64,000 nucleotides of DNA from an uncultured delta proteobacterium. GTDB lineage: Bacteria; Desulfobacterota; Binatia; HRBIN30; BPIQ01. Every line of letters starts with the position of its first letter. The first letter of the stretch is position 1. The stretch lies in NCBI GenBank assembly GCA_963761335.1, contig CAVXGR010000018.1, forward strand, positions 736,001 through 800,000. Direction: 5' to 3'. The translations under genes and the position numbers were made by a program. Below, in pieces: positions 55,370 to 64,000 of this stretch. The notes under the pieces are model-generated. The model did no database searches. It saw only the letters and a program-made list of their open reading frames with translations, and was not told the origin of the DNA.

Positions 55370-56035
55370 TCAGCTTTGCGAGGAGGAAGATGCCGGTCGC
55401 GACTCGCCGCCCTGCGGAGAACCTTCCTGCTGCGCTTTGGCCTCGCTCGGCGCGGACGCCTTGGTGGGCCTCGGATGCGCCTTCTTCTTCGTCCCCGGGG
55501 CCAGGATCACGCCCATCAGCCGGCCTTCCATCTTGGGAGTGCCTTCGATCTGCGCGATGTCGCTCAGTGACTCGCACATTCCCAAGAGCTTCTGCCGTCC
55601 GAGGCTCTGATACTCCATCTCGCGCCCGCGAAAGCGCAGGGTGAACTTCACCCGGTCCCCCTGGCTGAGGAACTCTCGCGCCTTGTCCACCTGGCGCGCG
55701 ATGTCGCCGGTGTCGGTGCGGTAGCCGAGACGAAGCTCCTTGACGTTGGTGGTGCTCTGCTTCTTGCGGGCCTCCACCTCCTTCTTGTGCTCCTGGTACT
55801 TGAACTTGCCGTAGTCCAGGATGCGGCAGACGGGAGGCTGCGCGGTTGGCGCGACCTCGACCAGATCGAGATGTGCCTGCTCGGCGTGACGCAGGGCATC
55901 GTCCAAGTTCACAATGCCGACCTGATGGCCATTGGCATCGATCAGTCGGACCTGTGGAGCCCGGATGTGACGATTGATCTTGTGGGCGTCTGGGGGTGGG
56001 GGAACGAACCGTGGACCTCTACCGCGAAATGCCAA
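55370..56035 (-). CDS. infC: Translation initiation factor IF-3
   Basis: INRHIRAPQVRLID, LDLVEVAP..PPVCRILDYGKFKY, VKFTLRFRGRE; TTG start just after GGAGG. Confidence 0.93.
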   Translation of the reverse strand: MAFRGRGPRFVPPPPDAHKINRHIRAPQVRLIDANGHQVGIVNLDDALRHAEQAHLDLVEVAPTAQPPVCRILDYGKFKYQEHKKEVEARKKQSTTNVKELRLGYRTDTGDIARQVDKAREFLSQGDRVKFTLRFRGREMEYQSLGRQKLLGMCESLSDIAQIEGTPKMEGRLMGVILAPGTKKKAHPRPTKASAPSEAKAQQEGSPQGGESRPASSSSQS

Positions 56036-56229
56036 ATGGCCTCCTCTCTTCAGCAGCGCGCCACTCTGGCGCGCTCGACGCCCCAGAGAATACACCGGAG
56101 ACGGGCCCAGAGACAACAGGCCCGTTCCGCTTGTTTCGCCGTTGACGGCGCCGGCAGATTGCCGGCAGATTGCCGGTTGCCAGCGGTGACCGCTAACTGG
56201 TAACCGGGGGCGGAGAAGAGGAGTCAGAG

Positions 56230-56778
56230 ATGAAGCGGTGGTTTGCCCTTTCCGCCATCGGTCGCGACCGGCCGGGCATCGTTGCCGACCTGGCCGAGCT
56301 CGTCTACGACTGCGACTGCAACCTGGAAGATTCGTCGATGACCATTCTGGGAAGCGAGTTCGCCGTCCTCCTGCTGCTGAGCGGAGCCGGAGATGACATC
56401 GAGCAGCGCTTGTCCTCGGCCTCCAAGCGCCTCGAATGGGAGAAGCGGCTGACCGTGTTCATTCGCCCCCTGGAAGCGGAGCCGATCCCCTTTGCCGTCG
56501 GCCGGGAGGCCAGACCGTTCGAGCTGCAAGCCTCCGGAGTGGACAAGGCGGGTCTGGTGGCGCGCGTGGCGCGGTGCCTGGCGCAGCGAGGCGCCAACAT
56601 CACTCAGATGATCACCCAGTCCCGCCCGGAGGCGCAGACCGGGACGCCGCTATACAGCATGCGCATTCGCCTCGATGTCCCCAGCGATGTCGACGAGGCG
56701 GAGCTGCGCGCCGATCTGGAGGGCATCGCCGCCGACCTGCAGATCGAGGTGGCGCTCAATCCCGTCGAGGACGTGTAG
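56230..56778 (+). CDS. Tandem ACT domain protein (GcvR-like)
   Basis: SAIGRDRPGIV..CNLEDSSM; SGVDKAGLV..ANITQM. Confidence 0.85.
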   Translation: MKRWFALSAIGRDRPGIVADLAELVYDCDCNLEDSSMTILGSEFAVLLLLSGAGDDIEQRLSSASKRLEWEKRLTVFIRPLEAEPIPFAVGREARPFELQASGVDKAGLVARVARCLAQRGANITQMITQSRPEAQTGTPLYSMRIRLDVPSDVDEAELRADLEGIAADLQIEVALNPVEDV

Positions 56779-56797
56779 AAGCGGCGTCTCGCCGCTT
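56775..56797. repeat. GTAG-type REP hairpin
   Basis: GTAGAAGCGGCGTCTCGCCGCTT, identical to 55202-55224; overlaps the ACT gene stop. Confidence 0.75.
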
Positions 56798-56840
56798 TGG
56801 GCGGCAGGGGAGGGGGGTGGAGACGCCTCCTCTCCTCTCC

Positions 56841-59165
56841 TCAGTCCTCATTGCGGAGGAATTCTCGTGCGGCGATCTCGTCGGTGGTGGTCGGCGGCGT
56901 ATAGGAGCTCGACACCTCGGCCGGCTCGGTGCCGCGGCGGAAGGCCTCGAGCACGGCGCCGTTGTCGCCGGGGAGGGCGCGTTCGCCGCTCTTGGGGTTG
57001 ATCTGGGTCAGAACGATTCCCTGCGGCACGGCGAAATCCTCGATGGGCTTGCCGTCGAGGGCGGCCTTCATGAAATCGGTCCAGATGGGGGCGGCGACGC
57101 GGCCGCCGGTCTCGCGTGGTCCGAGGCTCTCCTTCTCGTCGAAGCCGACCCACACGCCGGCGAGGAGCTGTGGCGTGTAGCCCATGAACCAGGCGTCGTT
57201 CAGGTCGTTGGTGGTGCCCGTCTTTCCCGCCGCCGGGCGGCGCAGGTCCTTGGCCCGCGTGCCGGTGCCGCGCTCGATGACGCTGCGCAACATGTCGGTG
57301 ACCTGGTATGCCGTCGTCGCGGGGATCACCTGCCGCCGCTGCGGCGTCGCGTCGAAGATGATGGTGCCCTGGCTGTCGACGATGCGGGTGATGAAGACCG
57401 GCTCGTTGCGAACCCCGCCGTTGGCGAGCACTCCGTATGCGGAGGCGAGCTCGAGGAGGTTCACCTCCGAGGAGCCCAGCGCCAGGGAGAGATTCGGCGC
57501 CAGCGGGCTCTGGAAGCCGATCTGGCGCAGATACTTGATCAGGTACGGGAGGCCGATGTTGTTGAGCAGCTTCACCGTGACCACATTGCGCGAGTAGGTG
57601 AGGGCGTCGCGCAGCGTCGTCGGGCCGTAGTAGCGGTCCTCGTAGTTGTGCGGTGTCCACCAGCCGCGGTTGTCGGGAAAGGTGACCGGCTCGTCGACGA
57701 TGATCGAGGCGGGCGTGTAGCGGCGGTCCAGCGCCGCGGCATAGATGAAGGGCTTGAAGGCCGATCCCGGCTGGCGCTCCGCCTGCACGGCGCGGTTGAA
57801 GCGACTGCGGTTGAAGTCGTAGCCGCCGATCATCGCCTTCACCCATCCCGTGCCCGGCTCCATCGCCAGCAGGGCTCCCTGAACGCGCGGCTCGGGGTCG
57901 AGATGAAGCTGATAGCTGCCGTCGGCGTTCAGCCTCCGCACCTCGGCGCGCACGACGTCGCCGGGCTGGAAGCTGGGAAGCGAGTGGCCGTCGTCCGCGA
58001 GCAGAGAGCCGTGACCACTGCCGATGCGCACCGCGACTTCGCCTCGTCGGCCGGCGACGACGACGGCCTCGACGCCGCTGCCGGAGCGCAGCGGCAGGTC
58101 GCCCAGCGCCTTGGCCTGCTTGGCCAGAAAGGCGTCGAGCTGGCGTCCGCGCAGATGGGTGATGGGCCTGCGGTCGCCCCCCTGGCGGGCGTCGAGCACC
58201 TCCAAGCCGTGGCGCAGCGCCTCCTGGCCGGCCTCGTTCATGGCGACGTTGGCAGCGGTGTAGACGCGCAGCCCGAGCTGATAGAGGGCGTCCGGGCCGT
58301 AGCGCTCCTCGAGCAAGCGGCGCACGTGCTCCACGTAATAGGGCGCCGCCACGTAGCTGCCCTTGCGCGGCGCCAGGGCGATCGGCGTCGCCAGGGCGGC
58401 ATCGTGCTCGGCCATGGTGATCATCTGCGCCTCGAGCATGCGGCGGAGAACGTATTGCTGGCGTGCCTTGGCGCGGCGCCAGTGCTTCAGCGGCGAGTAG
58501 CGGCTCGGCGCCTGCGGCAGTCCCCCCAGCAGGGCGGCCTCTGCCAGATTCAGATCCTCCACCGACTTGCCGAAGTACTCCTGGGCGGCGGCAGCAACGC
58601 CGTAGGCCCCGGAGCCGAGATAGATGTGGTTCAGATACAGTGACAGGATCTCGTCCTTGCTGAAATGCCGTTCCAGCCGCAGCGCCAGGACCATTTCCTT
58701 GATCTTGCGCTCGTAGCTGCGCTCCGGAGTAAGCAGCAGCGACTTGACCACCTGTTGCGTGATGGTGCTGCCGCCCTGGAGCTGGTCGCCGCTCATGTTG
58801 TTGACGAAGGCGCGGAAGATGCTGACCACGTCGACGCCGGGGTGGCGATAGAAGCTCTCATCCTCGGCGGCCACGAAAGCGTTGCGGACGACCACGGGAA
58901 TGCGCTCGATGGGCACGACGTAGCGCTTCTGCACGTAGAACTCCCCGATCAGCGTGCCGTCGTCGGCGAGCACCTGCGTGGCGGTCGGCAGATGCACGTC
59001 GTCCAGAGTATGCACCGAGGGCAGGGTGGCGGTGAGCTCGGAATAGACCAGAGCGCCGGCCGCCACCCCGGAGATGAGGACGAGCAGGGTGATGGTCAGC
59101 AGCGCCCGGCGGAGCAGACGGCTGACACGCGAGCGGCGCGGACGTTTCCGTCGGGCACGGGCCAT
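56841..59165 (-). CDS. Class A penicillin-binding protein (PBP1A)
   Basis: AAEDESFY, GGSTITQQ, RKIKE (transglycosylase); PGSAFKP, SRN, KTG (transpeptidase); start MARARRK. Confidence 0.93.
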   Translation of the reverse strand: MARARRKRPRRSRVSRLLRRALLTITLLVLISGVAAGALVYSELTATLPSVHTLDDVHLPTATQVLADDGTLIGEFYVQKRYVVPIERIPVVVRNAFVAAEDESFYRHPGVDVVSIFRAFVNNMSGDQLQGGSTITQQVVKSLLLTPERSYERKIKEMVLALRLERHFSKDEILSLYLNHIYLGSGAYGVAAAAQEYFGKSVEDLNLAEAALLGGLPQAPSRYSPLKHWRRAKARQQYVLRRMLEAQMITMAEHDAALATPIALAPRKGSYVAAPYYVEHVRRLLEERYGPDALYQLGLRVYTAANVAMNEAGQEALRHGLEVLDARQGGDRRPITHLRGRQLDAFLAKQAKALGDLPLRSGSGVEAVVVAGRRGEVAVRIGSGHGSLLADDGHSLPSFQPGDVVRAEVRRLNADGSYQLHLDPEPRVQGALLAMEPGTGWVKAMIGGYDFNRSRFNRAVQAERQPGSAFKPFIYAAALDRRYTPASIIVDEPVTFPDNRGWWTPHNYEDRYYGPTTLRDALTYSRNVVTVKLLNNIGLPYLIKYLRQIGFQSPLAPNLSLALGSSEVNLLELASAYGVLANGGVRNEPVFITRIVDSQGTIIFDATPQRRQVIPATTAYQVTDMLRSVIERGTGTRAKDLRRPAAGKTGTTNDLNDAWFMGYTPQLLAGVWVGFDEKESLGPRETGGRVAAPIWTDFMKAALDGKPIEDFAVPQGIVLTQINPKSGERALPGDNGAVLEAFRRGTEPAEVSSSYTPPTTTDEIAAREFLRNED

Positions 59166-59285
59166 GCGAACTCCAGGACGATAACGGCGGCTGGCGAGGA
59201 GGTCAAGGAAGCGGGGAGGACGACTCGCTACTTGACGGGTCGGGCGGGCGGCGATATCGGGGACGGCGACGTCAGGGAGGACGCG

Positions 59286-60446
59286 ATGACCGATCACAAC
59301 CCCGTGGATCACACGGTGCTCGTCGTCGATGACGAGCCGGCGAGCCTGAGAGCCCTGCGCCGCACTCTGGCGCCGGAGTATCGGGTGCTCTGTGCCGCGG
59401 CCGGAGCCGAGGCGCTGGCTCTGTTGGCGAGCCGCCCGGTGTCGCTGCTGGTCACCGACCACCGCATGCCGGGGATGAGCGGCGTCGAGCTTCTGGCGCG
59501 CAGCGCCGAGCTTCATCCGGAGGTGGTTCGTATCGTGCTCACCGGACACGCCGAGGTCGATTCTCTGATCCAGGCGATCAACGCCGGCGAGGTGTTCTAC
59601 TACCTCACCAAGCCCTGGGAGCCGCGCGACCTGGCGCTGGCGGTGCGGCGCGGCATTGAGCGTCTCGATTCCGCGCGTGAACGCCAGCGGCTGCTGGGTG
59701 ATCTCCAGGTCGCCTGCGCCCGCGCGCGCCGGGAGGCGGAGTCCAAGTCTCGGATGCTGGCGACCGCGGCGCACGAGCTCGGGACTCCGGTGCATCTGGC
59801 CGGCAACGCCGTCGACCTGCTCGGCGGCATCCCGGCGGCGCGTGCCAGCCAATGGCTCGCCATGGCGGAGCGGGCCCTCTCCTGGCTGGAGCGCTCGCTG
59901 GCGCAGATGTCGGCCGCCGTGCGCAGCACCGACGGACTCGAGCTTCGCCTGCGGCCGCTGGAGGTGTGCGGCAGCCTCGCGGGTGTTCTCGAGGCGCTGC
60001 GCGCGGCGGCCGCGCACCGGCGCCTCGAGATGCGCTGGCGCGCCGAGGGCAGGGCGATGGTACACGGCGACCCGCGCTGGCTGCGCGAGCTGTGGATGGC
60101 GATTCTCAGCAATGCCGTTCGCTTCACCGCCGACGGGGGCGCCGTGGAGGTTGCGGTCGATGCCGTTGAGGGCGCCGTCGAGGTGGCGGTGCGCGACAGC
60201 GGCATCGGCATGACCGCGGAGCAGCTCGAGGCGGCCTTCGAGCCGTTCTCCACTGCCGCCGGCGATCTCCTGCTGCACACCTCCGGGCGGCTCGACTTCG
60301 GCGCCCGCGGCATGGGCCTCGGACTCGCCATGGCGCGGGCCATCGCCGAGCGGCATGGCGGCACCATCGTTCTCGAGTCGGCGCCGGGGGAGGGGTCCTG
60401 CTGTCGCGTGCGCCTGCCGGTGCTGGGCGCGGCGCCGCGTCGGTGA
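59286..60446 (+). CDS. Hybrid response regulator-histidine kinase
   Basis: VLVVDDE, TDHRMPGMSG, YLTKPW; AHELGTP, NAVRF, DSGIG, GMGLGL. Confidence 0.9.
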   Translation: MTDHNPVDHTVLVVDDEPASLRALRRTLAPEYRVLCAAAGAEALALLASRPVSLLVTDHRMPGMSGVELLARSAELHPEVVRIVLTGHAEVDSLIQAINAGEVFYYLTKPWEPRDLALAVRRGIERLDSARERQRLLGDLQVACARARREAESKSRMLATAAHELGTPVHLAGNAVDLLGGIPAARASQWLAMAERALSWLERSLAQMSAAVRSTDGLELRLRPLEVCGSLAGVLEALRAAAAHRRLEMRWRAEGRAMVHGDPRWLRELWMAILSNAVRFTADGGAVEVAVDAVEGAVEVAVRDSGIGMTAEQLEAAFEPFSTAAGDLLLHTSGRLDFGARGMGLGLAMARAIAERHGGTIVLESAPGEGSCCRVRLPVLGAAPRR

Positions 60447-60473
60447 GCGCGCCGGCGCGGGCGGCGCCGGCTG

Positions 60474-60812
60474 GTGGCGGAGCAGCCGAATTGGTTTACA
60501 ATGTTCGGCGTGAATGCCGCCGCGCACCAGCAACGTGTCGAGCCGGCTCTCCGGTGCAGCCACTGCGGGCGCGCGGTGCGGGAGACGCGCCACACCCGCG
60601 AGGCCTGGTGCGTCGACTACTATCTTCTGCGCGGCGGCAACGCGGAGCCGGCGACCATCGTCAGCGAGAGGGAGGGGACGTCGTTCTCCTACATGAAGCT
60701 GATCAGCCACTTCGACGTGATCACCTGCCGCGACTGCTACGGCAGGCCGGAGATTCAGCGGCAGCGCCAGGAACGCTTTCGCCCGGAGCAATGGAACGAG
60801 GCGAGCGAATGA
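60474..60812 (+). CDS. Hypothetical protein, possible Zn ribbon
   Basis: CSHC and CRDC pairs; ATGA overlap with the next gene; start uncertain. Confidence 0.6.
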   Translation: MAEQPNWFTMFGVNAAAHQQRVEPALRCSHCGRAVRETRHTREAWCVDYYLLRGGNAEPATIVSEREGTSFSYMKLISHFDVITCRDCYGRPEIQRQRQERFRPEQWNEASE

Positions 60813-61069
60813 CCGCGGGTGGGCTGGAGTTCCCCTGCTTCTACACCTTCAAGGTCTTCGGGCGCAGCAGCTCGGCCTTCGCCGGCCGGGTCACCGAGAT
60901 CCTCGGCGCCACCCTCGGAGCGATCCCGCTGGACAGCGTCAAGGTCCGCGAGAGCGCTCACGGCCGCTACCTCAGCGTCTCCGTCTACGTGCGCGTCGAC
61001 TCCCGCCAGCAGCTCGAGCGCATCTACTCGGATCTGCGCCAGGAGGAAGAGGTGCTGCTTTACATCTGA
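60809..61069 (+). CDS. DUF493/YbeD family protein
   Basis: LEFPCFYTFKVFG...SAHGRYLSVSV...QLERIY. Confidence 0.88.
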   Translation: MTAGGLEFPCFYTFKVFGRSSSAFAGRVTEILGATLGAIPLDSVKVRESAHGRYLSVSVYVRVDSRQQLERIYSDLRQEEEVLLYI

Positions 61070-61079
61070 TGAGATGAGA

Positions 61080-61183
61080 GTGGCTCGGTATCTCGGTGGC
61101 TCAGTATCTCAGTGGCCCGGTCCGAGTCCTCACCGATCCGTCGAGCCACCGATCCACCGATCCACTGAGTCACCGAGCCACCG
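61080..61183. repeat. 8 bp-periodic inverted repeat (GGCTCGGT / ACCGAGCC family)
   Basis: gtggctcggtatctcggtggctcagtatctcagtgg...ccaccgatccaccgatccactgagtcaccgagccaccg. Confidence 0.75.
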
Positions 61184-61244
61184 CTGGCCGCTCCGCGGCG
61201 CGCTGTATCCAACCGCGCCGATTCGCTATAAGAACGCAGTTCGC

Positions 61245-63656
61245 ATGCAGGACTCGAGCCACGAGAACGGAGATTCGCGCAACAAAGGCGCTGGCCGGCG
61301 CACCGGCGATCTGTCTCTGCTCGAGGACATCACCGCCATCATCACCCAGTCGCGCGATCTGCGCGGCACCCTGGAGCGCATTGTCGAGCTGGTCGCCGAG
61401 CGCATGGATACCGAGGTCTGCTCGCTCTATCTGCGCGACGCCGGCGCCAAGCGCCTGACGCTGTGGGCTACCACGGGGCTGGACCGCGCCAGCGTCGGTA
61501 AGGTCAGCATGGCGTTGGACGAGGGCCTGGTCGGCTACGTCATCGAGCGCATGGAGCCGGTGATGGCCATCGATGCCATGGCGCACCCACGCTACAAGTA
61601 CTTCCCGGAGACGGGAGAGGAGCGCTATCACTCCTTTCTGGCGGTGCCGGTGGTCGAGCGGCAAGAGGCTTCTGGTGTCCTGGTGGTGCAGACCTCGCGG
61701 CGGCGCCGCTTCGGCCTGCGCGAGGTGCGGCTGCTGAAGACGATCGCCGGTCACGTCAGCGGCATCATCAGCCAGGCGCGCCTTCTGGAGACCCTGGAGA
61801 GCAAGGAGGAGGAGCGGCTGGCCATTCAGCGGCGGATGAGCGAGACGCTGCGCAAGCTCGAGGTCTATGAACGCCGTGAGGGCAAGGAAGGGCCCTCACC
61901 CGGCGCCGGCGCGCGGCTGTTGGGAATGGGCGCCTCGCCCGGATTCGCCATCGGCCGCGCTCATCTGTTGGAGAGCGCGGTGAGCTTTGCCGGCCTGCCG
62001 CAGCGCCGCAGCGGCTCGGCGCGCGAAGAGGTGGCGCGCTTCCGCGCCGCCGTCGAGCGCTCCATCGAGGAGATCGTCCGCTTCCGCGACCGCGTCTACG
62101 CCGACATCCCGGAGATCGACGCCGCCATCTTCGACGCCCATCGCCTGATGCTCGAGGACGAGAGCTTGCGCGAGAAGGTGGAGGCGCTCATCCGCAGTGG
62201 CTGCAGCGCCGAGGCGGGGCTGGAGCGGGCCATCGAGGAGTACATGCAGCGCTTCCGCGACATGAGCGATGCCTATCTCCGCGAGCGCGCCCTGGACATC
62301 AAGGACATCGGCCAGCGGGTGCTGCGCAACCTCCTGGGGGTGCGGGAGCGGGAGCGGAGCTTCGCCAGCGGTGTGATCCTGGTGGCCACCGAGCTGGTGC
62401 TCTCCGATCTGGCGCTGATCGAGCAGGCCCAGCTGAAAGGCATCGTGCTGGCCACCGGCGGCCTCACCTCGCACGCCTCCATCCTGGCGCGCTCGCTGGA
62501 GATCCCGACGGTGATCGGCATCGAGCATCTCGAGGAGACGGTGCGCGAGGGGGACCACCTCACCGTCGACGGCAATGCCGGCGTGGTGTTCGTCAACCCG
62601 CCCACCGACATCGTGCGCGAGTACGAGCGCCTCGACCGCGAGTATCGCGCCTTCAATCGAGAGCTCGGCACTCTGCGCGACCTGCCGGCGGAGACCAGGG
62701 ACGGCAAGCGCCTGAATCTGCAGGCAAACATCGTGCTGCTCAGCGATCTCGCCTTCGCCCGCCAACACGGCGCCGACGGTGTCGGCCTCTACCGCACCGA
62801 GTTTCCCTTCCTGTCGCACCGCGACTTCCTCACCGAAGCCGAGCAGGTGGATCTCTACACCCGGGTCCTGGAGCGCATGGAGGGGAAGCCGGTCACCATC
62901 CGAACGCTCGATCTGGGGGCGGACAAGTACCCGGCGTACCTCCACGTTCCGCGCGAGGAGAACCCCTTTCTCGGCTGGCGCTCGATTCGCATCTCGCTGG
63001 AGATGTCGGAGGTGTTCAAGACGCAGCTGCGCGCCATTTTGCGGGTGAGCGCTCTCGGCCCGGTGCGCCTGATGTTCCCGATGATCTCCAGTGTGGACGA
63101 GCTGCGGCGCGTCAAGGACATCCTCGACGAGGCCCGCTTCGAGCTCCGCCAGCAGGGACAGCCCTACGATCTCGAGCTGCCGGTCGGCATCATGGTCGAG
63201 GTGCCCTCCGCGGTCAGCCTGGCGGCGGAGCTCATCCGCGAGACCGACTTCTTCTCCATCGGCACCAACGATCTGATTCAGTACCTGCTCGCCGTCGACC
63301 GCAACAACCGCAAGGTGGCGCCGCTGTACGAGCCCCTGCACCCGGCCGTGTTGCGCGCCATCGCCGCCACCACGCGCGCCGCCCAGGAGGCCGGCAAGCC
63401 GGTGTCGATCTGCGGCGAGATGGCCGGTGACCCGGTCTGCACGCTGCTGCTGCTCGGCATCGGCCTGAACGACCTGAGCATGGGGCCTTTCTTCATCCCG
63501 GTGATCAAGCGGCTCATCCGCTCCGTCGACTTCAGCAATGCCGAGCAGCTGGCTCAAGACGTCCTGCGCCTGCCAACGGTGAAGGAGGTGAAGAGCCACG
63601 TCTTCGAGGCCATGCGCTCCCTCGGCGTGGTCGACGTCATGGAGATGTACCACTGA
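61245..63656 (+). CDS. ptsP: GAF-containing phosphoenolpyruvate-protein phosphotransferase (EI-Ntr)
   Basis: N-terminal GAF (EVCSLYL, HPRYKYFPETGEE); GGLTSHASIL, GVGLYRTEF, EENPFLGWR, FSIGTNDL, CGEMAG. Confidence 0.93.
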   Translation: MQDSSHENGDSRNKGAGRRTGDLSLLEDITAIITQSRDLRGTLERIVELVAERMDTEVCSLYLRDAGAKRLTLWATTGLDRASVGKVSMALDEGLVGYVIERMEPVMAIDAMAHPRYKYFPETGEERYHSFLAVPVVERQEASGVLVVQTSRRRRFGLREVRLLKTIAGHVSGIISQARLLETLESKEEERLAIQRRMSETLRKLEVYERREGKEGPSPGAGARLLGMGASPGFAIGRAHLLESAVSFAGLPQRRSGSAREEVARFRAAVERSIEEIVRFRDRVYADIPEIDAAIFDAHRLMLEDESLREKVEALIRSGCSAEAGLERAIEEYMQRFRDMSDAYLRERALDIKDIGQRVLRNLLGVRERERSFASGVILVATELVLSDLALIEQAQLKGIVLATGGLTSHASILARSLEIPTVIGIEHLEETVREGDHLTVDGNAGVVFVNPPTDIVREYERLDREYRAFNRELGTLRDLPAETRDGKRLNLQANIVLLSDLAFARQHGADGVGLYRTEFPFLSHRDFLTEAEQVDLYTRVLERMEGKPVTIRTLDLGADKYPAYLHVPREENPFLGWRSIRISLEMSEVFKTQLRAILRVSALGPVRLMFPMISSVDELRRVKDILDEARFELRQQGQPYDLELPVGIMVEVPSAVSLAAELIRETDFFSIGTNDLIQYLLAVDRNNRKVAPLYEPLHPAVLRAIAATTRAAQEAGKPVSICGEMAGDPVCTLLLLGIGLNDLSMGPFFIPVIKRLIRSVDFSNAEQLAQDVLRLPTVKEVKSHVFEAMRSLGVVDVMEMYH

Positions 63657-63663
63657 GAGCGTT

Positions 63664-63741
63664 GCTCGGTGGCTCAGTTTCTCAGTTTCTCAGTTGAAGA
63701 GGCTAACTGAGCCACCGAGCCACCGAGAAACCGATCCACCG
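63664..63741. repeat. 8 bp-periodic inverted repeat (GGCTCGGT / ACCGAGCC family), possible bidirectional terminator
   Basis: gctcggtggctcagtttctcagtttctcagtt..aactgagccaccgagccaccgagaaaccgatccaccg between convergent genes. Confidence 0.72.
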
Positions 63742-63756
63742 TGCCACTATCTTCGT

Positions 63757-64000
63757 TCAGCTCCTCGACCGAAAGGTCAGGAAGAAGATGATAACCTCGA
63801 GGACGATGACCAGGGCGAGGAGAATGGCGCTGCTGAGGCGGAAGCTCTCGACGCTCTCGCTGACCGCCTGCACGTCCTCGCGCGCCTGGGCGACGTCCGC
63901 TTTGAGGCCGCTGCTCTCCACGTAGAGGCCGCGGAGCAGCTCCCGCAGCTCCTCGTGCGACTGCTTGCGGGCCTCCTGCGCCGCCGGCTCGGCCTCGCGC
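63757..64000 (-). CDS. 3' end of a coiled-coil protein with C-terminal TM helix (partial)
   Basis: Manual translation ...LKADVAQAREDVQAVSESVESFRLSSAILLALVIVLEVIIFFLTFRSRS*. Confidence 0.6.
   Translation of the reverse strand, partial: REAEPAAQEARKQSHEELRELLRGLYVESSGLKADVAQAREDVQAVSESVESFRLSSAILLALVIVLEVIIFFLTFRSRS

Noticed and set aside
59166..60791. Apparent 540 aa N-terminal extension of PBP1A
   Set aside because: Open frame antisense to the RR-HK gene; the real start is MARARRK before the TM helix
1..64000. tRNA, rRNA, integrase, transposase, T6SS or phage structural genes
   Set aside because: No recognisable sequence or motif found by eye; tRNAscan/Infernal were not run

Overview
GC-rich bacterial DNA. 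The protein style (Pro/Thr linkers, Cys-TM-Arg C-terminal tails, wHTH-ATPase regulators) suggests a Candidatus Binatia/Myxococcota-like lineage, which is inference only. Housekeeping and lipid-catabolic genes sit on both flanks: acyl-CoA ligases, crotonases, a TetR/di-iron/FAD cluster, purN, infC, PBP1A and ptsP. Between them lies a ~29 kb accessory block (15.2-44.1 kb) with a divergent wHTH-ATPase-TPR regulator and a long same-strand run of exported proteins. Its most striking part looks like a split Rhs system. Three tandem signal-peptide-bearing mini-Rhs proteins (Rhs core + DPSG + a paralogous His...NNC permuted-papain-like C-terminus, no immunity genes) precede a ~1540 aa YD-repeat shell protein that lacks the Rhs core and ends in a membrane-sorting tail. 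Lectin, Tat, pentapeptide and heme-c lipoproteins follow. Also notable: an ExbB/ExbD pair with a TonB-type SHLS anchor fused to a vWA domain, a decayed duplicate of the tetR promoter/5' end bracketing a vapBC module, two stand-alone desulforedoxin-like microproteins, an internally deleted pcp, and several REP/MITE-like palindromic repeat families. All calls were made by eye from motifs; no database searches were run.
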